Shown here: positions 38,844 to 47,964 of the stretch, piece by piece
How positions within the stretch are numbered: position 1 is the first letter of the stretch
How the letters are laid out: each line of letters starts with the position of its first letter
From: an uncultured Acidobacteriota bacterium
GTDB lineage: Bacteria; Acidobacteriota; Thermoanaerobaculia; UBA5066; Gp7-AA6
Assembly (NCBI GenBank): GCA_963782585.1
Contig: CAWAKL010000001.1
Span: 250,133-314,132, forward strand
Direction of reading: 5' to 3'
Length of the DNA: 64,000 bases
Notes under the pieces: model-generated
What the model was told of the DNA's origin: nothing
Seen by the model: only the letters and a program-made list of their open reading frames with translations
Databases searched by the model: none
Position numbers and translations under genes: made by a program

Positions 38844-39625
38844 GCCTTCTTCCTCGTCACGCGCTTCAGGGCGTCGGCCTGCTTCATCTCCCTCCGCAGG
38901 TCGAAGAGGTACCGGATGACCCGCAGGATCGTGCCCAGCATCTTGAACGGACGGTGAATCGACTGGCCGGCCTCCCGCGGGAAGTGGCGGACGATCACCT
39001 CGTCGACCTTCCACCCCGCGATCCGGCAGCGCGCATAGATCTCGTCGCCGACGAAGTTGATCCGGTGCTTGATCTCGATGCGGCGCGCGACGTCCCGCCG
39101 GAACGCGCGGCAGCCCGCGTTGATGTCGTGCAGGGGCGAGCCCAGGATCCAGTGCGAGAGGATCCGCAAGCCGCGCGAGAGGATCAGCCGGCCCACCGGA
39201 TCGTGGCGGACCTTCTTCCAGCAGAAGACGACGTCGGCGCCGCGGTCGATCGCCTCGATAAAGAGCGGGGCGTCGCCCATGGTGTGCTGGCCGTCGCCGT
39301 CCACGACCATCACGACTTCGCCCGGGACGTTTCGCAGCGCGGTCTCCGTCGCCACGGCGTAGCCCTTGTTGCCGTCGTGGTGGACCACCGAGACGCGCGG
39401 GTCCTTTTTGGCCAGCTCCTCGGCGATCTCGCCGGTGCGGTCCCGGCTCCCGTCGTTCACGACCACGACGTGCCAGGTGAGGCCCGGGATCGCCGAGAGC
39501 GAGGTGACCGCCTCCTCGACGGTCTTCGCGATCAGGTCCTGCTCGTTGTAGGCGAGGAAGCCGACGCCGAAGCGGACCTTCCGCTCGGCGGTCTCCGTCG
39601 CGGGGGCCCGGGAATCAGCGGCCAT
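38840..39625 (-). CDS. GT2 polyprenyl-phosphate hexose synthase (DPM1/Ppm1-like, soluble type)
   Basis: 261 aa. VVVVNDGSRDRT and DGDGQH motifs are typical of dolichol/polyprenol-phosphate mannose or glucose synthases. Overlaps the UbiA-gene stop by 11 nt. Confidence 0.8.
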   Translation of the reverse strand: MAADSRAPATETAERKVRFGVGFLAYNEQDLIAKTVEEAVTSLSAIPGLTWHVVVVNDGSRDRTGEIAEELAKKDPRVSVVHHDGNKGYAVATETALRNVPGEVVMVVDGDGQHTMGDAPLFIEAIDRGADVVFCWKKVRHDPVGRLILSRGLRILSHWILGSPLHDINAGCRAFRRDVARRIEIKHRINFVGDEIYARCRIAGWKVDEVIVRHFPREAGQSIHRPFKMLGTILRVIRYLFDLRREMKQADALKRVTRKKA

Positions 39626-40538
39626 AGATGATCCAGCCGGCCGTGGCCACCCAGCCGATGACGACCAGAAGAAGCCAGGGGTCGTCGGTCAGCAGCGCGC
39701 GGGTCGGGTTGCCGCCTCCTCCGCCCTTGTACACCAGCCGGACGTAGCGAGCGATTCCGAGCACGACGAAAGGCACCGTCGGCGCGAGCGAGCGGCCGTA
39801 GTGCGTGACCGTCGCGGGCGAGGTGCTGTAGGCGGCATAGCCGGCGACGGTGGCCAGTCCCGTGACGATGAAGAGATGGTCCAGGCCCTCCTCGCGATAC
39901 GCGGCGAGGGCGGGCCGATGCCCGGGCGCGGCGTTGAGAAACTCCCACTGCCGCTTGCCCGCCACGAGAAAGAGGGCGAGGAGGTACGCGCAGCCCATCA
40001 GAAACAGGGAGGGATGCACGGCGGCGAGGGCCGCGCCGGCGAGCGCCCGCAGCGGCATTCCCGCCGCGACCACGAGCGCTTCGAGAAACGGCACGCGCTT
40101 CCAGAGAAGCGAGTAGGTCAGCATCAGCGCGGCATAGACCGCGCACCAGAAACCGAACGGGCGCGAGAGGAGGAACGCCGCCCCGAGGCCGGCGGCCTCC
40201 AGGATCGCCGCGACGGAGATGGCCGTCGACGGCGTGAGCCGGCCCGAGGCGAGAGGGCGGAATCTCTTGACCGGGTGCGCCCGGTCGCGCTCTCGGTCCG
40301 CGACGTCGTTGACGAGGTAGATGCCGCTCGTGATGACGCAGAAGACCGCGACCCCCGCGGCGGCCAGGGCCCAGCCGGCCGGCTCGCCGAGAGCCACGCC
40401 GAACAGAAACGGCAGCGGCACGACCAGGTTCTTGACCCACTGGGCCGGCCGCATCGCGGCCAGGAGCGCGCTGGCGACTCCGCCGGAAGTAGACAAGGGT
40501 TCCGCGGGCGTCGCGTCTCCCGGCGCTGGCGCAGACAT
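39615..40538 (-). CDS. UbiA-family decaprenyl-phosphate phosphoribosyltransferase-like enzyme (Rv3806c/DPPR synthase family)
   Basis: RPAQWVKN, YLVNDVADRERDRAHPVKRFRPLASG and AGKRQWEF blocks match my recollection of the mycobacterial DPPR synthase. Confidence 0.75.
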   Translation of the reverse strand: MSAPAPGDATPAEPLSTSGGVASALLAAMRPAQWVKNLVVPLPFLFGVALGEPAGWALAAAGVAVFCVITSGIYLVNDVADRERDRAHPVKRFRPLASGRLTPSTAISVAAILEAAGLGAAFLLSRPFGFWCAVYAALMLTYSLLWKRVPFLEALVVAAGMPLRALAGAALAAVHPSLFLMGCAYLLALFLVAGKRQWEFLNAAPGHRPALAAYREEGLDHLFIVTGLATVAGYAAYSTSPATVTHYGRSLAPTVPFVVLGIARYVRLVYKGGGGGNPTRALLTDDPWLLLVVIGWVATAGWIIYGR

Positions 40539-40595
40539 TTACGCCATTTTAAAGGATTGAGCCGCCGAAGTCTCCGATCTTCGCGAGCTCCCGCC
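40539..40595 (-). promoter_or_regulatory. Short AT-rich gap upstream of the UbiA gene with a TAAAAT -10-like element only about 8 nt before the ATG (possible very short or leaderless 5' end); no SD
   Basis: Minus-strand reading …ttcggcggctcaatcctttaaaatggcgtaaATG. Inference only. Confidence 0.25.
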
Positions 40596-41831
40596 TCAAT
40601 GCCCCGCGTGGCCCCCGTGTCCTCCGCCCAGACCGATGTCGAATCGGATCCGCGTGAACACGTGGAACGAGACGGGATTCGTCGAGTAGACGTCGTCGAG
40701 CCGATCCGTGAAGCGGTAGAGCGTCAGGTCCGCGCCGACGCCGGTCGTGGCGTTGGGCAGCAGCGTGAAGTCGCGCACGTACCCAAGCGTCCCGGCGTAG
40801 ACGCGCGTGCGATCCAGCGGGACCTCCTCGGGACGCTGACGCTTGAACCTCAACTCGAAGAGATCGCGGTCCACGGCCTCGAAGCGACCGTAGATCGTGT
40901 TGCAGTCGGCAAACTTCCACGTCCCCTCGAGAAGCGTTCCCCAGAACTTCGTGGCCTCTTCGACCTCCTGGTTCTGTCCGGTGATGAGCGAGACCGCCAG
41001 GAACCCGCGCGGAAACGCCTTCTCCCAGGCGAGCATGGCCGTGAACCGGTTGAGGTTCCCGGGCTCCGCCGCCTCGGGATTCGTGAGGTGGCCGCCCGAG
41101 AACTGGACCGTCCAGCCGGGAAGCGGGACGGCGGTGAGCCGGACGGCGTAGGAGTCGATCGCTCCCGCCTTGATGTCCCAGCGGTTCTCATCGGGCTCCG
41201 CGCCGTGGAAGGCCGAGCCCTCCAGCGTGAAGATGGAGGCCTCGAGGCCCAGCGTCAGCACGTCGTAGGAGATGTGCGTCGAGTCCTGATTGTGATGGGA
41301 CAGCGGCGCGGTCGGGTTCGCCGAAGCGGAGAGGCGATGAACGAAAGCCGGAGGACCGAGCGCCGGCTCTCCCACCGCGGCTGCGTAGAAGCGGAGACTC
41401 AATCCGGGTGCGAACGTTTTCTCCCACGCTCCCGCGAGTTGCATGAAGAAGTCGTGGGGGTGCTGGTAGTCCACGAGGAGCACGCCCTGAAACGTCTCGC
41501 CGACCTGGAAGAGCTCCCGGCTGCCGGGATCGGGGATCGTCGCCGGCTCGAGCGAGAGGGTTCCGTAGAAGGAGAGCTTCCCTCCGAGGAACGAGCGGGT
41601 GGCCATCCCCATGAAATGGTTCTGCGACCCGAACTGGTCGCCTCCCGAAGGGCCGCCCTGGTCGTTGTAGGTCAGGTAGGCCCAGCCGTGGACCATCGTC
41701 ATCCAGTGGTCCATCGCGGGCATCTGCTCCATCGCGACCATCGGGTCGACCGGGGCGACGGGTTCCTGTCCCGACACGAGCGGGGCCGCGAGGCCGAGAG
41801 CAATCGAAAGTAGGCCGACACGAAGAAACAT
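40596..41831 (-). CDS. Secreted / probable outer-membrane beta-barrel protein with a His-rich C-terminal tail (GGGHGGHAGH)
   Basis: ATG 41831 preceded by AGGAGG. Signal peptide MFLRVGLLSIALGLAAPLVSGQEP. Alternating-pattern beta-strand-like sequence ending in aromatic residues. Confidence 0.6.
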   Translation of the reverse strand: MFLRVGLLSIALGLAAPLVSGQEPVAPVDPMVAMEQMPAMDHWMTMVHGWAYLTYNDQGGPSGGDQFGSQNHFMGMATRSFLGGKLSFYGTLSLEPATIPDPGSRELFQVGETFQGVLLVDYQHPHDFFMQLAGAWEKTFAPGLSLRFYAAAVGEPALGPPAFVHRLSASANPTAPLSHHNQDSTHISYDVLTLGLEASIFTLEGSAFHGAEPDENRWDIKAGAIDSYAVRLTAVPLPGWTVQFSGGHLTNPEAAEPGNLNRFTAMLAWEKAFPRGFLAVSLITGQNQEVEEATKFWGTLLEGTWKFADCNTIYGRFEAVDRDLFELRFKRQRPEEVPLDRTRVYAGTLGYVRDFTLLPNATTGVGADLTLYRFTDRLDDVYSTNPVSFHVFTRIRFDIGLGGGHGGHAGH

Positions 41832-41899
41832 CCCATCCTCCTGAGGCCGGGCGGACGCGCCCGGCGAAACGCGCGAAAACAACGGCTCGCGCCGGAGGA

Positions 41900-42259
41900 T
41901 CAGAGGCGCTGGGGGATGTGGGCGATTCGCGCGACGAGAGCGGCGGGCGAAGCCGCAGTTCCGGTCTGCGCATGCGCCGTCGTGCGGAGCTCGACGGCGA
42001 TGACTGCAACGCCGGCCGGCGCTGCAGGAGCGGAGGGTCTCGCGGCGGCCAGGCTGTCCGACGGCGACGGCGGCGCCGGGGCCATGGCCTCGTCGCATCC
42101 GCAGCAACTCGCGTCCGTGATGGAGAGGTCGATCTCGGCGGCCGGCGCGCAGCAGTCAAAGCAGAATGCGGCGGCCGGACCGGCGAGGACGGCCAGGGCG
42201 ATCAGGGCGGCGACGAGGGAACGCAGCATGGACACGGAAGAAAGCATGCGCCCGCCCAT
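41900..42259 (-). CDS. Small secreted Cys-rich protein (CFDCC…CCGCDE), putative metal-binding
   Basis: Signal peptide MLRSLVAALIALAVLAGPAAA. Seven Cys in about 35 residues. Lies between the MerR-type regulator and the His-tailed OMP on the same strand. No homolog recognised. Confidence 0.4.
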   Translation of the reverse strand: MGGRMLSSVSMLRSLVAALIALAVLAGPAAAFCFDCCAPAAEIDLSITDASCCGCDEAMAPAPPSPSDSLAAARPSAPAAPAGVAVIAVELRTTAHAQTGTAASPAALVARIAHIPQRL

Positions 42260-42260
42260 C

Positions 42261-43100
42261 TTATTCCGGCTGCGTCAGCTTCCGGTACGTCCGGAGGTGA
42301 CGCAGGGCCTCGGCCGGCCGGCCGAGCTTCTCGGCGAGCGATGCGGCGTTGAAGTGGGCGTCGGCGTTGTCCGGGTCGATGCGGACGGCTTTCTGGTAGG
42401 CGAGCAGGGCCTCGGGCGTTCGCCCCAGATCCTCGAGGGCTACGCCCAGGTTGAAGGCCGCTATGGCGTCGTCGGGGCGCGCCGCGAGAGCCGCCTCGTA
42501 GTGCGGCTCCGCTGCGGCGGCATCACCGGCCTCGTGGAGGAGCCGGCCGAGGTTCACGTGCGCGTCCGGATGGGCCGGATCGATCGAGAGCGCGCGCCGG
42601 TACGCCGCGATCGCCTCGCCCGGCGAGCCGGGCTCGAGCTCGCAGCCCCACTCGTACCAGTCGTCGGCGGAAAACTCGGTCCCGTTCGCCCGGGCTTCCT
42701 TGAACGCGCGGCGCACGACCGGAGCGGCTTTCTTCGCGAGATCGGCGACGCCGAAGTCGAAGAGGATCTGTCCGGACTCGGGCTGCCAGCGGCGCGACCC
42801 GTCGGCCACGACGATCCGGCTCCCTTCAACGGCGATGCGCACGGCCGCGAGCGGCCGGCCGTCGGGAAGCTGTTCGCGCAGGCGCCGCAGCGCCTTTCGG
42901 ATCCGCCGCGGCGCCACGCGCGCCGAAAGGAGGCCGCGGGCCGTGCGGAGAAAGACGAGGTCCTGGAACGAGAACGTGAGCCGGCCGGCGGAGCCGCGCT
43001 CGGGCGAGAGAAACCCGGCGCGCACGTAGCCGCGGACCTGGGAGGCCGAGAGACCGAGGAGCTTTGCGACTTCGGAGGTCGAGTAGCCCGTCATGGCCAT
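42261..43100 (-). CDS. MerR-family HTH regulator fused to a C-terminal TPR-repeat domain
   Basis: N-terminal MerR-like HTH (YSTSEVAKLLGLSASQVRGYVRAGFL). C-terminal TPR repeats (AIAAYRRALSIDPAHPDAHVNLGRLL…, AIAAFNLGVALEDLGR…, ADAHFNAASL…). Confidence 0.7.
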   Translation of the reverse strand: MAMTGYSTSEVAKLLGLSASQVRGYVRAGFLSPERGSAGRLTFSFQDLVFLRTARGLLSARVAPRRIRKALRRLREQLPDGRPLAAVRIAVEGSRIVVADGSRRWQPESGQILFDFGVADLAKKAAPVVRRAFKEARANGTEFSADDWYEWGCELEPGSPGEAIAAYRRALSIDPAHPDAHVNLGRLLHEAGDAAAAEPHYEAALAARPDDAIAAFNLGVALEDLGRTPEALLAYQKAVRIDPDNADAHFNAASLAEKLGRPAEALRHLRTYRKLTQPE

Positions 43101-43169
43101 CAGCTGTCAGCTCTCAGCTTTCAGCCCCGCTCGCGTCCGGCTGATCGCTGATGGCTGATCGCTGACAGC

Positions 43170-44065
43170 TTACCCCTTGGCCGTCCGCATCTGGGCGACG
43201 CGTCCCGGCGCGCGCTTGGCCGGCTTCCGCGCAGGCGCTTGTTCGCCGGACGCAGCCTTCTTCGTATCCGCCGTAGCCTTGGCGGAGGCGGAGGGCTTCT
43301 TTGCGAGGCTCGCCTTCAGGGCTTCCATCAGGTCGATGATCTGGCCGCCGCCCGTGGCCTCGGGAACGATCGAGATGTCCTGGCCCTCGACCTTCTTCTG
43401 GATGAGGCCGAGCACGCGCTTTTTCACGTCGTCCTCGTAGGTCTCGGGCTTGAAGGCGTTCGCGGCGCGCTGCTCCACGAGGAGCTTCGCGAGATCGAGC
43501 TCCTTCGAGCTGACCTCGGCCGGCTCGAGCGGCACTTCCGAGAAGGACCGGACCTCGTCGGCGTAGAGGAGCTGCTGCATCACGATCCCGTTCTCGAAGG
43601 GTCGGAGCATGACGAGGTACATCTTTCCGCGAGCGGCGTACCGGGCGAGGGCGACCCGCCCGGTCTCCTTCATGACCTCGGAGAGGAGGGCGTACGCTTT
43701 GGCGCCGCCCTTGTCGGGGCCGACGTAGTAGGTCCGCTCGAAATAGACCGGGTCGACTTTCGTGATCGGCACGAACTCGACGACCTCGACCGACTGGGTC
43801 GACTGCTCTTCGAGGGCCTTGAGCTCCTCGGGCGTGAAGGTGACGTAGCGGTCCTTCGAGAACTCGAAGCCCTTGACCATCTGGTCGCGGGGCACGATCT
43901 CGCCGTCCTTCGTGCAGATGTACTGCTGCTTGAGGCGCGCGCGTCCTTCGCGTGCAGCATGTTGAAGGAGACTCCCGCCGAGGCATCCGAGGCGGCGTAG
44001 AGCTTGATCGGGATCGAGACGAGCCCGAAGGAGATGGTCCCTGACGCTATCGGCCTTGCGCTCAT
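43170..44065 (-). CDS. ku: Ku protein (NHEJ) with an apparent single-base frameshift near 43940-43950 in a GCGCGCGC run
   Basis: N-terminus MSARPIASGTISFGLVSIPIKLY…FNMLHAKD in one frame. Continuation …RLKQQYICTKDGEIVPRDQMVKGFEF… through to the Lys-rich tail in the adjacent frame. Confidence 0.8.
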
Positions 44066-44111
44066 AGGTTTAGGGACCGACAAATGTAACATGCCCGCGG
44101 AGTCATAGTTC

Positions 44112-46636
44112 TTGCCCCTCGAGAAATACAGGCAAAAACGGTCGGCGGATTCCACCCCCGAGCCCTTCGGCCGGGGGGGTGAAAATCGCCCGCATCTCTT
44201 CGTCGTTCAGAAACATGCGGCCACCCGGCTCCACTGGGATTTCCGCCTCGAGTGGGCCGGCGTCCTGAAGTCCTGGGCCGTGCCGCAGGGCCCCTCCGCC
44301 GACCCGGCCGACAAGCGCCTGGCCGTCGAGGTCGAGGACCACCCGGTCGAGTACGCTGATTTCGAAGGCGTCATCCCCGACGGCAACTACGGCGCCGGCG
44401 AGGTCATCGTTTGGGACCAGGGCCGCTGGACTCCGCTCGCCGACCTCGACGAGGGGTTGAAGAAGGGCAAGCTCCTCTTCGAGCTGCACGGCTACAAGCT
44501 CCGCGGCACCTGGACCCTCGTCCGGATGAAGACGAAGGGCAAGACGACCGGCAAGGAGTGGCTCCTCATCAAGGAGCGCGACGGGTGGGCGAAGAAGGGG
44601 CCCGAGGCCGCGTACCCGCAGGAATCGATCTTCTCGGGCCTCACGATCGAGGATCTCAAATCCGGCAAGAGCCGGGCGGACGAGATCCGCGCCGAGCTCG
44701 AGAGACTCGGGGCGCCGCGCAGGAGAGTCCGGGCCGCGGACGTCAAGCTGATGCTGGCCGAGACGCGCGACTCCGCGTTCACGCGGCCCGGCTGGATCTG
44801 GGAGCTCAAGTACGACGGCTATCGCCTCCTGGCGGGGCGCGAGAGCGGAAAGACGATCCTGCGCTACCGGCACGGCATGGACTCGACGGCGACGTTTCCG
44901 GAGATCGCCCGCGCCGTGTCCGCTCTCCCCTGCGACGCCTTCGTCCTCGACGGCGAGGTCGTCGTGCTCGACCCGAGCGCGCGGCCGCGGTTCGGACTTC
45001 TGCAGAAGCGCGGCCTCCTCCAGCGCCGCACCGACATCGAGCGCGCCGCGGTCGAGCTTCCGGCGACGTACTTTGCCTTCGATCTTCTCGGCTTCGAGGA
45101 CTACGACCTGCGAGGCCTGCCGCTCTCGACCCGCAAGGCGCTCCTGCAGCGCTTCGTGCCGAAGGCCGGGCCCCTCCGCTTCGCCGACCACATCGAGGAG
45201 AAGGGCGACGACCTGCTCGCGGCCGCGGGCGAGCTCGGCCTCGAAGGCGTCGTCGGGAAGAAGGCGGACTCGACGTATCGCGGGGCGCGCTCCGCGGACT
45301 GGCTCAAGGTGAGGCTCGATCGCGCGGGCGATTTCGCCGTGGTCGGTTACACGAAGCCCGACGGCGGACGCTCGGGATTCGGCGCGCTGCATCTGGCCTA
45401 CTGGCAGGAGGGCGGACTGCGTCTACGGCGGCCGCGTCGGCACGGGGTTCTCGGACAAGCAGCTGCGCGAGATCCACGCCCGACTCGAGAAGAGCGTTCG
45501 GGAGAATCCCGCGTTCGGCGGCGCCGTCCCGACCGGACGCGACCACGTCTGGGTCGAGCCGGAGATGGTGGTGGAGGTGCGCTTCAAGGAGTGGACGGGC
45601 GACGGGCTCCTGCGGCATCCCGCGTTTCTGCGCCTGCGCGAGGACAAGCCGATCGAGGAGTGCGTGCGCGAGGCCGACCCGGGCAGCCATGAGCCGCCGG
45701 CCCGAACCGCCGTAGCCTCGGCGAAGGCGGTCGAGAAGGACGAGAAGACCGTCCCGTTCTCGAACCTCACGAAGGTCTTCTGGCCGGACGAGGGCTACAC
45801 CAAGGGCGACCTCATCGAGTACTACCGGGCGATCTCGCCGTGGCTCCTCCCCTATCTCGCCGACCGTCCGCTCGTCATGACCCGCTACCCCGACGGCATC
45901 GACGGCAAGTCGTTCTTCCAGAAGGACGCCCCCAACTTCGCGCCGGACTGGATCCGACTCGAGCGCATCTGGAGCGAGCACGCCGAGCGCGAGATCGACT
46001 ACTTCGTCTGCGACGACCTCGAGACGCTGCTCTACGTCGCGAACCTCGGCTCGATTCCCCTCCACGTGTGGGCCAGCCGCGTCGCCGCGCCGGAGCGGCC
46101 GGACTGGTGCATCCTGGATCTCGATCCGAAGGGCGCCCCGTTCTCGCACGTCGTCACGATCGCCCGGGCGATCCGCGAGCTCTGCGAGGAGATCGAGCTG
46201 CCGAGCTTCATCAAGACGAGCGGAGCGACGGGCCTCCACGTCCTCATCCCGCTCGGCGGCCAGTGCACGCACTCGGAGTCGCGCGTCTTCGGCGAGATCC
46301 TCGCCCGCGTCATCGAGCAACGCCACGGCAAGATCGCCACGACGGCCCGGGCCATCGGAGCCCGCGACGGAAAGGTCTACGTCGACTATCTCCAGAATGG
46401 CCACGGCAAGACGATCGCCGGGCCCGTTCTCGGCGCGGCCCGTCCCCGGCGCCACCTGCTCGGCGCCCCTGAAGTGGAGCGAGGTGGACGGGAAGCTCGA
46501 CCCGAAGAAGTACACGCTGAAGACGCTTCCGGCGCGGATGAAGAAGCTGAAGGACGATCCGCTCGCGCCGGTCCTGACGCTCAAGCCGGATCTGCAGAGC
46601 GCCCTGACGAAGCTGACCGGACGGCTCAAGCCGTGA
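44112..46636 (+). CDS. ligD: Multidomain LigD (phosphoesterase + ligase + polymerase) with two apparent +1 frameshifts (about 45405-45420 and about 46430-46445)
   Basis: TTG 44112. PE domain (FVVQKHAATRLHWDFRLE…), ligase (ELKYDGYR), polymerase (…FIKTSGATGLHVLIPL…). The three parts are in frames 0, 1 and 2 successively. Divergent from ku. Confidence 0.8.
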
Positions 46637-47235
46637 GACAGCGCCGCGCGACTCCGATCACGTCGCCGATGAGCCAGGTCGCGGCGGCCGCGACGCGAGG
46701 ATAGACGACCCGGCCGTCGACGGCGAGGCCGCGCCGCTCGAGCGCCGAGAGGAGCGTATCGGGCTCCGGCACGCGCATCCTCTCGAAGGAGTGCGTCGCC
46801 AGAGGATAGAACCCCCTCAGGAAGCGGCCGGTGACCCACTCGAAGTAGTAACGCCCGCCGGGCTTGAGGACGCGCCGGACTTCGTCGAGCGCCTGCTCCC
46901 AGGGCGCAATGAAATGAATCGCTCCGAAGTCGAAGACCGCGTCGAACGTCGCGTCCCGGAAGGGAGTGCCGGTCGCGTCGGCGAGAAGCACTCGAGCGCT
47001 CCGCGGGCGCGCGGGCGAGCATCCGAGGATCGAGATCGATCCCGACGATCTCGGCGAGTCCGAAGCGCTCGCGCAGCATCGCGAGCGCGGCGCCCCGACC
47101 GCAGCCGACTTCGAGACCCCGCCCGCCGGGAACATGACCGCCGAGGCGCTCGAGCCACGGGGCCATGAAACGCCGCTGCAGAAAGGCCCGCAACGGGTTG
47201 TTCATCGAGGCCCGGCCGAGCGCGTTGAGCCTCAT
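46626..47235 (-). CDS. SAM-dependent methyltransferase with an apparent frameshift near 47000-47012
   Basis: ATG 47235 overlaps the DUF72 stop (ATGA). GLEVGCGRGAA motif, then the frame switches to …FDFGAIHFIAPWEQALDEVRRVLKPGG…. Confidence 0.6.
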
Positions 47236-47934
47236 GGCGTCGCGAAGCGGCGCAGGAACTCGGCGGCCAGCTTCGGCCCCGAGCCCGCGTCCTCGTGCTT
47301 GAAGAAAACGTACGCGTCGCTCCACGCTCTGCCCCCGGACCTTCTCCGCCCAGGCGGCCACGGCCGCGTCGTCGTAGTCCTGACGGCGGAGACGCAGGTA
47401 CCCCCATCCGGCGGTGGCGACGAGAGGCGTCGCGAGCTCCTCGTCTTCGGCGACGCAGAGGGCCGCGCCGCGCGCACGGAGCGCGGCAAAGACGTCCTCC
47501 TCGAACCACGAGGCGTGGCGGAACTCGAATGCCGCCCGCGCACCCTCGGGCAGCACGCCGAGGAACGCCTCGAGGCGCGGCAGGTCCTTCTTCAGGTTGG
47601 GCGGAAGCTGGAAGAGCGCGGGCCCGAGCCGATCGCCCAGCGTCGACGCGGTCTGGAAGAAGTACTCGACCTCCGCTCCCGCCTCCTTGAGCCGCTTGAA
47701 GTGCGTGATCCTCTGCGAGGCCTTCAGGACGAAGCGGAACTCGGCCGGAACCTGCGCGGCCCACCCTTCGAGCAGCGCGGGCTTGGGCATCCGGTAGAAG
47801 GTGTTGTTGATCTCGACCGCGGGAAGCTTCGCGGCGTAGTACGCGAGCATCTCTTCCGCGGGGAGATCTTCCGGATAGAAGCTCCCCTTCCACTCTTTGT
47901 ACGAGAAACCGCTCGTCCCGGCGAGGACGCGCAT
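47232..47934 (-). CDS. DUF72-family protein with an apparent frameshift near 47340-47370
   Basis: N-terminus MRVLAGTSGFSYKEWKGSFYP. The characteristic C-terminus …YVFFKHEDAGSGPKLAAEFLRRF is in a different frame. Confidence 0.65.
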
Positions 47935-47964
47935 GGCGAAACTCTATACTCTCGGCTCCTCCGC

